NCBI GenBank assembly: GCA_964247055.1
Contig: OZ176053.1
Coordinates: 8,680,001-8,744,000 of the forward strand
Direction: 5' to 3'
Length of the DNA: 64,000 nt
Source of the DNA: Paragordius varius
Lineage: Eukaryota; Animalia; Nematomorpha
Positions 1 to 15,937 of the stretch are shown piece by piece; the stretch's first letter is position 1, and each line of letters starts with the position of its first letter. The notes below the pieces were generated by a model. The model did no database searches and had not been told where the DNA came from. It saw only the letters and a list, made by a program, of their open reading frames with translations. Position numbers and translations under genes: made by a program.

Positions 1-479
1 TTGATTTTTGAAAAGTAATGATTGAAGGGTGGAAATACCAATACACGCACGCTTACAATGCCTTGATTGTTGAAAAGTAATGGTTGATTGGTAAAATTAC
101 TAATACCTACACGCTTAAAATTATTTCATTGTTGAAAAGTAATGGTTGATTGGTAAAATTACTAATACCTACACCCTTAAAATTATTTGATTGTTGAAAA
201 GTAATGGTTGATTGGTGGAATTACTATTACCCGCACGCTTACAATCATTTGATTTTTGAAAAGTAATGATTGAAGGGTGGAAATACCAATACACGCACGC
301 TTACAATGCCTTGTTTGTTGAAAAGTAATGGTTCCTTGGTGAAATTACTAATACCTACACGCTTAAAATTATTTGATTATTGAAAAGTAATGGTTCATTG
401 GTAAAATTACTAATACCTACACCCTTAAAATTATTTGATTGTTGAAAAGTAATGGTTGATTGGTGGAAATACTAATACC

Positions 480-3400
480 CACACGCCTTAAATTATTTTA
501 CTGTTGAAAAATAATCGTTCATTGGTGAAATTACTAATACCTACACGCCTTAAATTATTTGACTGTTGAAAAGTAATGGTTCATTGGTAAAATTACTAAT
601 ACCTACACGCTTAAAATTATTTGACTGTTGAAAAGTAATGGTTGATTGGTGGAAATACCAATACCCACACGCTTAAAATTATTTGACTGTTAAAAAGTAA
701 TGGTTCCTTGGTGAAATTACTAATACCTACACGCTTAAAATTATTTGACTGTTGAAAAGTAATGGTTGATTGGTGGAAATACTAATACCCACACGCTTAA
801 AATTATTTTACTGTTGAAAAATAATCGTTCATTGGTGAAATTACTAATACCTACACGCCTTAAATTATTTGACTGTTGAAAAGTAATGGTTCCTTGGTGA
901 AATTACTAATACCTACACGCTTAAAATTATTTGACTGTTGAAAAATAATGGTTCCTTGGTGAAATTACTAATACCTACACGCTTAAAATTATTTGACTGT
1001 TGAAAAGTAATGGTTGATTGGTGGAAATACTAATACCCACACGCTTAAAATTATTTTACTGTTGAAAAATAATCGTTCATTGGTGAAATTACTAATACCT
1101 ACACGCCTTAAATTATTTGACTGTTGAAAAGTAATGGTTCATTGGTAAAATTACGAATACCTACACGCTGAAAATTATTTGATTGTTATAAAGTAATGTT
1201 TGATTGGTGGAAATAACAATACACGCACGCTTACAATTCTTTGATTGTTGAAAAGTAATGGTTGATTGGTGGAAAAACTAATACCCACACGCTTAAAATT
1301 ATTTGACTGTTGAAAAATAATGGTTGATTGGTGGAAATACTAATACCCAGTAGCTTAAAATTATTTGACTGTTGAATAATGGTTCATTGGTGAAATTACT
1401 AATACCTATACACTTAAAATTTTTTGACTGTTGAAAAGTAATGGTTGATTGGTGGAAATACTAACACCTGCACGCTGAAAATTATTTGACTGTTGAAAAA
1501 TAATGGTTCATTGGTAAAATTACTAATACCTACACGCTTACATATTATTTGATTGTTGAAAAGTAATGGTTTGGTGGATGCTAATACCCGCACGCTTATA
1601 ATTATTTGATCGTTGAAAAGTAATGGTTGATTGGTGGAAAAACTAATACCCACACGCTTAAAATTATTTGACTGTTGAAAAATAATGGTTCATTGGTAAA
1701 ATTACTAATACCTACACGCTTACATATTATTTGATTGTTGAAAAGTAATGGTTGATTGGTGGAAATACCAATACACGCACGCTTACAATTCTTTGATTGT
1801 TGAAAAGTAATGGTTGATTGGTGGAAAAACTAATACCCACACGCTTAAAATTATTTGACTGTTGAAAAGTAATGGTTGATTGGTGGAAATACTAATACCC
1901 ACACGCTTAAAATTATTTGACTGTTGAATAATGGTTCATTGGTGAAATTACTAATACCTACACACTTAAAATTTTTTGACTGTTGAAAAGTAATGGTTGA
2001 TTGGTGGAAATACCAACACACTCACGCTTACACTTCTTTGATTGTTGAAAAGTAATGGTTGATTGGTGGAAATACCAATACACGCACGCTTACAATTCTT
2101 TGATTGTTGAAAAGTAATGGTTGATTGGTGGAAAAACTAATACCCACACGCTTAAAATTATTTGACTGTTGAAAAATAATGGTTCATTGGTAAAATTACT
2201 AATACCTACACGCTTACATATTATTTGATTGTTGAAAAGTAATGGTTGATTGGTGGAAATACCAATACACGCACGCTTACAATTCTTTGATTGGTGAAAA
2301 GTAATGGTTGATTTGTGGAAATACTAATACCCACACGCTTAAAATTATTTGACTGTTGAAAAATAATCGTTCATTGGTGAAATTACTAATACCTACACGC
2401 TTAAAATTATTTGATTGTTGAAACGTAATGGTTGATTGGTAAAATTACTAATACCTACACCCTTAAAATTATTTGATTGTTGAAAAGTAATGGTTGATTG
2501 GTAAAATTACTAATACCTACACCCTTAAAATTATTTGATTGTTGAAAAGTAATGTTGATTGGTGGAAATACTAATACCTACACGCTTACAATTATTTGAT
2601 TGTTGAAAAATAATGGTTGATTGGTAAAATTACTAATACCTACACACTTAAAATTATTTGATATAGAAAAGTAATGGTTCATTGGTAAAATTACTAATAC
2701 CTACACCCTTAAAATTATTTGATTGTTGAAAAGTAATGGTTGATTGGTATTACTAATACCTACACCCTTAAAATTCTTTGATTGTTGAAAAGTAATGGTT
2801 GATTCGTGGAAAAACTAATACCCACACGCTTAAAATTATTTGACTGTTGAAAAATAATGGTTCATTGGTAAAATTACTAATACCTACACGCTTACATATT
2901 ATTTGATTTTTGAAAAGTAATGATTGAAGGGTGGAAATACCAATACACGCACGCTTACAATGCCTTGTTTGTTGAAAAGTAATGGTTGATTGGTGGAAAT
3001 ACCAATACCCACACGCTTAAAATTATTTGACTGTTAAAAAATAATGGTTCCTTGGTGAAATTACTAATACCTACACGCTTAAAATTATTTGACTGTTGAA
3101 AAGTAATGGTTGATTGGTGGAAATACTAATACCCACACGCTTAAAATTATTTTACTGTTGAAAAATAATCGTTCATTGGTGAAATTACTAATACCTACAC
3201 GCCTTAAATTATTTGACTGTTGAAAAGTAATGGTTCATTGGTAAAATTACGAATACCTACACGCTTACAATTATTTGATTGTTGAAAAATAATGGTTCAT
3301 TAGGGAAATTACTAATACCTACACGCTTAAAATTATTTGACTGTTAAAAAGTAATGGTTGATTGGTGGAAATACTATTACCCGCACGCTTACAATCATTT

Positions 3401-6400
3401 GATTTTTAAAAAGTAATGATTGAAGGGTGGAAATACCAATACACGCACGCTTACAACACTTTGATTGTTGAAAAGTAATGGTTGATTGGTGGAAATACTA
3501 ATACCCACACGCTTACAATTATTTGATTGTTGAAAAATAATGGTTAATTGGTAAAATTACTAATACCTTCAGGCTTACATATTGTTTGTTTGTTGAAAAT
3601 TAATGGTTGATTGGTTAAATTACTAATACCTACACGCTTACAATTATTTCATTGTTAAAAAGTAATGGTTGATTGGTGGAAATACTAATACCCACACGCT
3701 TAAAATTATTTGACTGTTAAAAAATAATGGTTCCTTGGTGAAATTACTAATACCTACACGCCTAAAATTATTTGACTGTTGAAAAGTAATGGTTGATTGG
3801 TGGAAATACTAATACCCACACGCTTAAAATTATTTAACTGTTGAAAAATAATCGTTCATTGGTGAAATTACTAATACCTACACGCCTTAAATTATTTGAC
3901 TGTTGAAAAGTAATGGTTCATTGGTAAAATTACTAATACCTACACGCTTACAATTATTTGATTGTTGAAAAATAATGGTTCATTAGGGAAATTACTAATA
4001 CCTACACGCTTAAAATTATTTGACTGTTAAAAAGTAATGGTTGATTGGAGGAAATACTATTACCCGCACGCTTACAATCATTTGATTTTTGAAAAGTAAT
4101 GATTGAAGGGTGGAAATACCAATACACGCACGCTTACAATGCCTTGATTGTTGAAAAGTAATTGTTGATTGGTGGAAATACTAATACCCACACGCTTAAA
4201 ATTATTTGACTGTTAAAAAATAATGGTTCCTTGGTGAAATTACTAATACCCACACGCTTAAAATTATTTTATTTTTGAAAAATAAGGTTGATTGGTAAAA
4301 TTACTAATACCTTCAGGCTTACATATTGTTTGTTTGTTGAAAATTAATGGTTGATTGGTTAAATTACTAATACCTACACGCTTACAATTATTTCATTGTT
4401 AAAAAGTAATGGTTGATTGGTGGAAATACTAATACCTACACGCTTAAAATTATTTCACTGTTAAAAAATAATGGTTCCTTGGTGAAATTACTAATACCTA
4501 CACGCTTAAAATTATTTCACTGTTAAAAAATAATGGTTCCTTGGTGAAATTACTAATACCTACACGCTTAAAATTATTTGATTGTTGAAAAGTAATTGTT
4601 GATTGGTGGAAATACTAATACCCACACGCTTAAAATTATTTGACTGTTAAAAAATAATGGTTCCTTGGTGAAATTACTAATACCCACACGCTTAAAATTA
4701 TTTTATTTTTGAAAAATAAGGTTGATTGGTAAAATTACTAATACCTTCAGGCTTACATATTGTTTGTTTGTTGAAAATTAATGGTTGATTGGTTAAATTA
4801 CTAATACCTACACGCTTACAATTATTTCATTGTTAAAAAATAATGGTTCCTTGGTGAAATTACTAATACCTACACGCTTAAAATTATTTTACTGTTGAAA
4901 AATAATCGTTCATTGGTGAAATTACTAATACCTACACGCCTTAAATTATTTGACTGTTGAAAAGTAATGGTTCATTGGTAAAATTACTAATACCTACACG
5001 CTTACAATTATTTGATCGTTGAAAAATAATGGTTCATTAGGGAAATTACTAATACCTACACGCTTAAAATTATTTGACTGTTAAAAAGTAATGGTTGATT
5101 AATGGAAATACTATTACCCGCACGCTTACAATCATTTGATTTTTGAAAAGTAATGATTGAAGGGTGGAAATACCAATACACGCACGCTTACAATGCCTTG
5201 ATTGTTGAAAAGTAATGGTTGATTGGTAAAATTACTAATACCTACACGCTTAAAATTATTTGACTGTTGAAAAGTAATGGTTGATTGGTACAATTACTAA
5301 TACCTACACGCTTAAAATTATTTGACTGTTGAAAAATAATGGTTCCTTGGTGAAATTACTAATACCTACACGCTTAAAATTATTTGACTCTTGAAAGGTA
5401 ATGGTTAATTGGTGGAAATACCAATACACGCACGCTTACAATCATTTGATTGTTGAAAAGTAATGGTTGATTGGTGGAAATACTAATACCCTCAAGCTTT
5501 AAATTATTTGACTGTTAAAAAATAATGGTTCCTTGGTGAAATTACTAATACCTACACGCTTAAAATTATTTGACTGTTGAAAAGTAATGGTTGATTGGTG
5601 GAAATACTAATACCCACACGCTTAAAATTATTTGACTGTTGAATAATGATTCAGTGGTGAAATTACTAATACCTACACACTTAAAATTTTTTGACTGTTG
5701 AAAAGTAATGGTAGATTGGTGGAAATACCAATACACGCACGCTTACAATTCTTTGATTGTTGAAAAGTAATGGTTGATTGGTAAAATTACTAATACCTAC
5801 ACGCTTAAAATTATTTGACTGTTGAAAAGTAATGGTTGATTGGTACAATTAATAATACCTACACGCTTAAAATTATTTGACTGTTGAAAAATTATCGTTC
5901 ATTGGTGAAATTACTAATACCTACACGCTTAAAATTATTTGATTGTTGAAAAGTAATGGTTGATTGGTGGAAATACCAATACACGCACGCTTACAATTCT
6001 TTGATTGTTGAAAAGTAATGGTTGATTGGTGGAAATACTAATACCCACACGCTTAAAATTATTTGACTGTTGAAAAATAATGTTTCTTGGTAAAATTACT
6101 AATACCTACACGCTTAAAATTATTTGACTCTTGAAAGGTAATGGTTAATTGGTGGAAATACCAATACACGCACGCTTACAATCATTTGATTGTTGAAAAG
6201 TAATGGTTGATTGGTGGAAATACTAATACCCTCAAGCTTTAAATTATTTGACTGTTAAAAAATAATGGTTCCTTGGTGAAATTACTAATACTTACACGCT
6301 TAAAATTATTTGACTCTTGAAAAGTAATGGTTGATTGGTGGAAATACTAATACCTACACACTTAAAATTATTTGATTATTGAAAACTAATGGTTCATTGG

Positions 6401-9400
6401 TAAAATTACTAATACCTACACCCTTAAAATTATTTGATTGTTGAAAAGTAATGGTTGATTGGTAAAATTACTAATACCTACACGCTTAAAATTATTTGAT
6501 TGTTGAAAAGTAATGGTTGATTGGTGGAATTACTATTACCCGCACGCTTACAATCATTTGATTTTTGAAAAGTAATGATTGAAGGGTGGAAATACCAATA
6601 CACGCACGCTTACAATGCCTTGTTTGTTGAAAAGTAATGGTTCCTTGGTGAAATTACTAATACCCACACGCTTAAAATTATTTTACTGTTGAAAAATAAT
6701 CGTTCATTGGTGAAATTACTAATACCTACACGCCTTAAATTATTTGACTGTTGAAAAGTAATGGTTCATTGGTAAAATTACTAATACCTACACGCTTAAA
6801 ATTATTTGACTGTTGAAAAGTAATGGTTGATTGGTGGAAATACCAATACCCACACGCTTAAAATTATTTGACTGTTAAAAAATAATGGTTCCTTGGTGAA
6901 ATTACTAATACCTACACGCTTAAAATTATTTGACTGTTGAAAAGTAATGGTTGATTGGTGGAAATACTAATACCCACACGCTTAAAATTATTTTACTGTT
7001 AAATAATAATCGTTCATTGGTGAAATTACTAATACCTACACGCCTTAAATTATTTGACTGTTGAAAAGTAATGGTTCCTTGGTGAAATTACTAATACCTA
7101 CACGCTTAAAATTATTTGATTGTTGAAAAGTAATGGTTGATTGGTAAAATTACTAATACCTACACCCTTAAAATTATTTGATTGTTGAAAAGTAATGGTT
7201 GATTGGTAAAATTACTAATACCTACACCCTTAAAATTATTTGATTGTTGAAAAGTAATGGTTGATTGGTGGAATTACTATTACCCGGACGCTTACAATCA
7301 TTTGATTTTTGAAAAGTAATGATTGAAGGGTGGAAATACCAATACACGCACGCTTACAATGCCTTGTTTGTTGAAAAGTAATGGTTGATTGGTAAAATTA
7401 CTAATACCTACACGCTTAAAATTATTTGACTGTTGAAAAGTAATGGTTGATTGGTGGAAATACTAATACCCACACGCTTAAAATTATTTTACTGTTAAAT
7501 AATAATCGTTCATTGGTGAAATTACTAATACCTACACGCCTTAAATTATTTGACTGTTGAAAAGTAATGGTTCCTTGGTGAAATTACTAATACCTACACG
7601 CTTAAAATTATTTGATTGTTGAAAAGTAATGGTTGATTGGTAAAATTACTAATATTTACACCCTTAAAATTATTTGATTGTTGAAAAGTAATGGTTGATT
7701 GGTGGAATTACTATTACCCGCACGCTTAAAATTATTTGACTCTTGAAAGGTAATGGTTAATTGGTGGAAATACCAATACACGCACGCTTACAATCATTTG
7801 ATTTTTGAAAAGTAATGGTTGATTGGTGGAAATACTAATACCCTCAAGCTTTAAATTATTTGACTGTTAAAAAATAATGGTTCCTTGGTGAAATTACTAA
7901 TACCTACACGCTTAAAATTATTTGACTGTTGAAAAGTAATGGTTGATTGGTGGAAATACTAATACCCACACGCTTAAAATTATTTGACTGTTGAATAATG
8001 ATTCAGTGGTGAAATTACTAATACCTACACGCTTAAAATTATTTGACTCTTGAAAGGTAATGGTTAATTGGTGGAAATACCAATACACGCACGCTTACAA
8101 TCATTTGATTGTTGAAAAGTAATGGTTGATTGGTAAAATTACTAATACCTACACCCTTAAAATTATTTGATTGTTGAAAAGTAATGGTTGATTGGTGGAA
8201 TTACTATTACCCGCACGCTTAAAATTATTTGACTCTTGAAAGGTAATGGTTAATTGGTGGAAATACCAATACACGCACGCTTACAATCATTTGATTTTTG
8301 AAAAGTAATGGTTGATTGGTGGAAATACTAATACCCACACGCCTTAAATTATTTTACTGTTGAAAAATAATCGTTCATTGGTGAAATTACTAATACCTAC
8401 ACGCCTTAAATTATTTGACTGTTGAAAAGTAATGGTTCATTGGTAAAATTACTAATACCTACACGCTTAAAATTATTTGACTGTTGAAAAGTAATGGTTG
8501 ATTGGTGGAAATACCAATACCCACACGCTTAAAATTATTTGACTGTTAAAAAGTAATGGTTCCTTGGTGAAATTACTAATACCTACACGCTTAAAATTAT
8601 TTGACTGTTGAAAAGTAATGGTTGATTGGTGGAAATACTAATACCCACACGCTTAAAATTATTTTACTGTTGAAAAATAATCGTTCATTGGTGAAATTAC
8701 TAATACCTACACGCCTTAAATTATTTGACTGTTGAAAAGTAATGGTTCCTTGGTGAAATTACTAATACCTACACGCTTAAAATTATTTGACTGTTGAAAA
8801 ATAATGGTTCCTTGGTGAAATTACTAATACCTACACGCTTAAAATTATTTGACTGTTGAAAAGTAATGGTTGATTGGTGGAAATACTAATACCCACACGC
8901 TTAAAATTATTTTACTGTTGAAAAATAATCGTTCATTGGTGAAATTACTAATACCTACACGCCTTAAATTATTTGACTGTTGAAAAGTAATGGTTCATTG
9001 GTAAAATTACGAATACCTACACGCTGAAAATTATTTGATTGTTATAAAGTAATGTTTGATTGGTGGAAATAACAATACACGCACGCTTACAATTCTTTGA
9101 TTGTTGAAAAGTAATGGTTGATTGGTGGAAAAACTAATACCCACACGCTTAAAATTATTTGACTGTTGAAAAATAATGGTTGATTGGTGGAAATACTAAT
9201 ACCCAGTAGCTTAAAATTATTTGACTGTTGAATAATGGTTCATTGGTGAAATTACTAATACCTATACACTTAAAATTTTTTGACTGTTGAAAAGTAATGG
9301 TTGATTGGTGGAAATACTAACACCTGCACGCTGAAAATTATTTGACTGTTGAAAAATAATGGTTCATTGGTAAAATTACTAATACCTACACGCTTACATA

Positions 9401-12400
9401 TTATTTGATTGTTGAAAAGTAATGGTTTGGTGGATGCTAATACCCGCACGCTTATAATTATTTGATCGTTGAAAAGTAATGGTTGATTGGTGGAAAAACT
9501 AATACCCACACGCTTAAAATTATTTGACTGTTGAAAAATAATGGTTCATTGGTAAAATTACTAATACCTACACGCTTACATATTATTTGATTGTTGAAAA
9601 GTAATGGTTGATTGGTGGAAATACCAATACACGCACGCTTACAATTCTTTGATTGTTGAAAAGTAATGGTTGATTGGTGGAAAAACTAATACCCACACGC
9701 TTAAAATTATTTGACTGTTGAAAAGTAATGGTTGATTGGTGGAAATACTAATACCCACACGCTTAAAATTATTTGACTGTTGAATAATGGTTCATTGGTG
9801 AAATTACTAATACCTACACACTTAAAATTTTTTGACTGTTGAAAAGTAATGGTTGATTGGTGGAAATACCAATACACTCACGCTTACACTTCTTTGATTG
9901 TTGAAAAGTAATGGTTGATTGGTGGAAATACCAATACACGCACGCTTACAATTCTTTGATTGTTGAAAAGTAATGGTTGATTGGTGGAAAAACTAATACC
10001 CACACGCTTAAAATTATTTGACTGTTGAAAAATAATGGTTCATTGGTAAAATTACTAATACCTACACGCTTACATATTATTTGATTGTTGAAAAGTAATG
10101 GTTGATTGGTGGAAATACCAATACACGCACGCTTACAATTCTTTGATTGGTGAAAAGTAATGGTTGATTTGTCGAAATACTAATACCCACACGCTTAAAA
10201 TTATTTGTCTGTTGAAAAATAATCGTTCATTGGTGAAATTACTAATACCTACACGCTTAAAATTATTTGATTGTTGAAACGTAATGGTTGATTGGTAAAA
10301 TTACTAATACCTACACCCTTAAAATTATTTGATTGTTGAAAAGTAATGGTTGATTGGTAAAATTACTAATACCTACACCCTTAAAATTATTTGATTGTTG
10401 AAAAGTAATGTTGATTGGTGGAAATACTAATACCTACACGCTTACAATTATTTGATTGTTGAAAAATAATGGTTGATTGGTAAAATTACTAATACCTACA
10501 CACTTAAAATTATTTGATATAGAAAAGTAATGGTTCATTGGTAAAATTACTAATACCTACACCCTTAAAATTATTTGATTGTTGAAAAGTAATGGTTGAT
10601 TGGTATTACTAATACCTACACCCTTAAAATTCTTTGATTGTTGAAAAGTAATGGTTGATTCGTGGAAAAACTAATACCCACACGCTTAAAATTATTTGAC
10701 TGTTGAAAAATAATGGTTCATTGGTAAAATTACTAATACCTACACGCTTACATATTATTTGATTTTTGAAAAGTAATGATTGAAGGGTGGAAATACCAAT
10801 ACACGCACGCTTACAATGCCTTGTTTGTTGAAAAGTAATGGTTGATTGGTGGAAATACCAATACCCACACGCTTAAAATTATTTGACTGTTAAAAAATAA
10901 TGGTTCCTTGGTGAAATTACTAATACCTACACGCTTAAAATTATTTGACTGTTGAAAAGTAATGGTTGATTGGTGGAAATACTAATACCCACACGCTTAA
11001 AATTATTTTACTGTTGAAAAATAATCGTTCATTGGTGAAATTACTAATACCTACACGCCTTAAATTATTTGACTGTTGAAAAGTAATGGTTCATTGGTAA
11101 AATTACGAATACCTACACGCTTACAATTATTTGATTGTTGAAAAATAATGGTTCATTAGGGAAATTACTAATACCTACACGCTTAAAATTATTTGACTGT
11201 TAAAAAGTAATGGTTGATTGGTGGAAATACTATTACCCGCACGCTTACAATCATTTGATTTTTAAAAAGTAATGATTGAAGGGTGGAAATACCAATACAC
11301 GCACGCTTACAACACTTTGATTGTTGAAAAGTAATGGTTGATTGGTGGAAATACTAATACCCACACGCTTACAATTATTTGATTGTTGAAAAATAATGGT
11401 TAATTGGTAAAATTACTAATACCTTCAGGCTTACATATTGTTTGTTTGTTGAAAATTAATGGTTGATTGGTTAAATTACTAATACCTACACGCTTACAAT
11501 TATTTCATTGTTAAAAAGTAATGGTTGATTGGTGGAAATACTAATACCCACACGCTTAAAATTATTTGACTGTTAAAAAATAATGGTTCCTTGGTGAAAT
11601 TACTAATACCTACACGCCTAAAATTATTTGACTGTTGAAAAGTAATGGTTGATTGGTGGAAATACTAATACCCACACGCTTAAAATTATTTTACTGTTGA
11701 AAAATAATCGTTCATTGGTGAAATTACTAATACCTACACGCCTTAAATTATTTGACTGTTGAAAAGTAATGGTTCATTGGTAAAATTACTAATACCTACA
11801 CGCTTACAATTATTTGATTGTTGAAAAATAATGGTTTATTAGGGAAATTACTAATACCTACACGCTTAAAATTATTTGACTGTTAAAAAGTAATGGTTGA
11901 TTGGAGGAAATACTATTACCCGCACGCTTACAATCATTTGATTTTTGAAAAGTAATGATTGAAGGGTGGAAATACCAAGCACGCTTACAATGCCTTGATT
12001 GTTGAAAAGTAATTGTTGATTGGTGGAAATACTAATACCCACACGCTTAAAATTATTTGACTGTTAAAAAATAATGGTTCCTTGGTGAAATTACTAATAC
12101 CCACACGCTTAAAATTATTTTATTTTTGAAAAATAAGGTTGATTGGTAAAATTACTAATACCTTCAGGCTTACATATTGTTTGTTTGTTGAAAATTAATG
12201 GTTGATTGGTTAAATTACTAATACCTACACGCTTACAATTATTTCATTGTTAAAAAGTAATGGTTGATTGGTGGAAATACTAATACCTACACGCTTAAAA
12301 TTATTTCACTGTTAAAAAATAATGGTTCCTTGGTGAAATTACTAATACCTACACGCTTAAAATTATTTCACTGTTAAAAAATAATGGTTCCTTGGTGAAA

Positions 12401-15400
12401 TTACTAATACCTACACGCTTAAAATTATTTGACTGTTGAAAAGTAATGGTTGATTGGTGGAAATACTAATACCCACACGCTTAAAATTATTTTACTGTTG
12501 AAAAATAATCGTTCATTGGTGAAATTACTAATACCTACACGCCTTAAATTATTTGACTGTTGAAAAGTAATGGTTCATTGGTAAAATTACTAATACCTAC
12601 ACGCTTACAATTATTTGATCGTTGAAAAATAATGGTTCATTAGGGAAATTACTAATACCTACACGCTTAAAATTATTTGACTGTTAAAAAGTAATGGTTG
12701 ATTAATGGAAATACTATTACCCGCACGCTTACAATCATTTGATTTTTGAAAAGTAATGATTGAAGGGTGGAAATACCAATACACGCACGCTTACAATGCC
12801 TTGATTGTTGAAAAGTAATGGTTGATTGGTAAAATTACTAATACCTACACGCTTAAAATTATTTGACTGTTGAAAAGTAATGGTTGATTGGTACAATTAC
12901 TAATACCTACACGCTTAAAATTATTTGACTGTTGAAAAATAATGGTTCCTTGGTGAAATTACTAATACCTACACGCTTAAAATTATTTGACTCTTGAAAG
13001 GTAATGGTTAATTGGTGGAAATACCAATACACGCACGCTTACAATCATTTGATTGTTGAAAAGTAATGGTTGATTGGTGGAAATACTAATACCCTCAAGC
13101 TTTAAATTATTTGACTGTTAAAAAATAATGGTTCCTTGGTGAAATTACTAATACCTACACGCTTAAAATTATTTGACTGTTGAAAAGTAATGGTTGATTG
13201 GTGGAAATACTAATACCCACACGCTTAAAATTATTTGACTGTTGAATAATGATTCAGTGGTGAAATTACTAATACCTACACACTTAAAATTTTTTGACTG
13301 TTGAAAAGTAATGGTAGATTGGTGGAAATACCAATACACGCACGCTTACAATTCTTTGATTGTTGAAAAGTAATGGTTGATTGGTAAAATTACTAATACC
13401 TACACGCTTAAAATTATTTGACTGTTGAAAAGTAATGGTTGATTGGTACAATTAATAATACCTACACGCTTAAAATTATTTGACTGTTGAAAAATTATCG
13501 TTCATTGGTGAAATTACTAATACCTACACGCTTAAAATTATTTGATTGTTGAAAAGTAATGGTTGATTGGTGGAAATACCAATACACGCACGCTTACAAT
13601 TCTTTGATTGTTGAAAAGTAATGGTTGATTGGTGGAAATACTAATACCCACACGCTTAAAATTATTTGACTGTTGAAAAATAATGTTTCTTGGTAAAATT
13701 ACTAATACCTACACGCTTAAAATTATTTGACTCTTGAAAGGTAATGGTTAATTGGTGGAAATACCAATACACGCACGCTTACAATCATTTGATTGTTGAA
13801 AAGTAATGGTTGATTGGTGGAAATACTAATACCCTCAAGCTTTAAATTATTTGACTGTTAAAAAATAATGGTTCCTTGGTGAAATTACTAATACTTACAC
13901 GCTTAAAATTATTTGACTCTTGAAAAGTAATGGTTGATTGGTGGAAATACTAATACCTACACACTTAAAATTATTTGATTATTGAAAAGTAATGGTTCAT
14001 TGGTAAAATTACTAATACCTACACCCTTAAAATTATTTGATTGTTGAAAAGTAATGGTTGATTGGTAAAATTACTAATACCTACACGCTTAAAATTATTT
14101 GATTGTTGAAAAGTAATGGTTGATTGGTGGAATTACTATTACCCGCACGCTTACAATCATTTGATTTTTGAAAAGTAATGATTGAAGGGTGGAAATACCA
14201 ATACACGCACGCTTACAATGCCTTGTTTGTTGAAAAGTAATGGTTCCTTGGTGAAATTACTAATACCCACACGCTTAAAATTATTTTACTGTTGAAAAAT
14301 AATCGTTCATTGGTGAAATTACTAATACCTACACGCCTTAAATTATTTGACTGTTGAAAAGTAATGGTTCATTGGTAAAATTACTAATACCTACACGCTT
14401 AAAATTATTTGACTGTTGAAAAGTAATGGTTGATTGGTGGAAATACCAATACCCACACGCTTAAAATTATTTGACTGTTAAAAAATAATGGTTCCTTGGT
14501 GAAATTACTAATACCTACACGCTTAAAATTATTTGACTGTTGAAAAGTAATGGTTGATTGGTGGAAATACTAATACCCACACGCTTAAAATTATTTTACT
14601 GTTAAATAATAATCGTTCATTGGTGAAATTACTAATACCTACACGCCTTAAATTATTTGACTGTTGAAAAGTAATGGTTCCTTGGTGAAATTACTAATAC
14701 CTACACGCTTAAAATTATTTGATTGTTGAAAAGTAATGGTTGATTGGTAAAATTACTAATACCTACACCCTTAAAATTATTTGATTGTTGAAAAGTAATG
14801 GTTGATTGGTAAAATTACTAATACCTACACCCTTAAAATTATTTGATTGTTGAAAAGTAATGGTTGATTGGTGGAATTACTATTACCCGCACGCTTACAA
14901 TCATTTGATTTTTGAAAAGTAATGATTGAAGGGTGGAAATACCAATACACGCACGCTTACAATGCCTTGTTTGTTGAAAAGTAATGGTTCCTTGGTGAAA
15001 TTACTAATACCTACACGCTTAAAATTATTTGACTGTTGAAAAGTAATGGTTGATTGGTGGAAATACTAATACCCACACGCTTAAAATTATTTTACTGTTA
15101 AATAATAATCGTTCATTGGTGAAATTACTAATACCTACACGCCTTAAATTATTTGACTGTTGAAAAGTAATGGTTCCTTGGTGAAATTACTAATACCTAC
15201 ACGCTTAAAATTATTTGATTGTTGAAAAGTAATGGTTGATTGGTAAAATTACTAATACCTACACCCTTAAAATTATTTGATTGTTGAAAAGTAATGGTTG
15301 ATTGGTGGAATTACTATTACCCGCACGCTTAAAATTATTTGACTCTTGAAAGGTAATGGTTAATTGGTGGAAATACCAATACACGCACGCTTACAATCAT

Positions 15401-15937
15401 TTGATTTTTGAAAAGTAATGGTTGATTGGTGGAAATACTAATACCCTCAAGCTTTAAATTATTTGACTGTTAAAAAATAATGGTTCCTTGGTGAAATTAC
15501 TAATACCTACACGCTTAAAATTATTTGACTGTTGAAAAGTAATGGTTGATTGGTGGAAATACTAATACCCACACGCTTAAAATTATTTGACTGTTGAATA
15601 ATGATTCAGTGGTGAAATTACTAATACCTACACGCTTAAAATTATTTGACTCTTGAAAGGTAATGGTTAATTGGTGGAAATACCAATACACGCACGCTTA
15701 CAATCATTTGATTGTTGAAAAGTAATGATTGATTGGTAAAATTACTAATACCTACACCCTTAAAATTATTTGATTGTTGAAAAGTAATGGTTGATTGGTG
15801 GAATTACTATTACCCGCACGCTTAAAATTATTTGACTCTTGAAAGGTAATGGTTAATTGGTGGAAATACCAATACACGCACGCTTACAATCATTTGATTT
15901 TTGAAAAGTAATGGTTGATTGGTGGAAATACTAATAC
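480..15937. repeat. Tandem segmental duplication within the satellite, unit about 7.6-7.9 kb (about 480-8335 and about 8336-15937)
   Basis: Rare variants recur at offset 7856 (identical spurious ORFs at 1414 and 9270; 2281/10137; 3421/11277). The offset then changes to 7603 after a 5-bp deletion near 11978 and a 4-monomer (248 bp) difference (5641/13244; 7993/15596). Confidence 0.9.

Noticed and set aside
1200-1260. Apparent covarying hairpin in monomers (GTGG/CCAC, GGTA/TACC, TAGG/CCTA)
   Set aside because: Stems are only 3-4 bp and in different registers; linkage of variants on monomer haplotypes explains the pattern.
1414-9509. Identical 79-aa minus-strand ORFs at 1414-1653 and 9270-9509
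   Set aside because: Chance stop-free frames in the satellite, duplicated by the 7856-bp block duplication.
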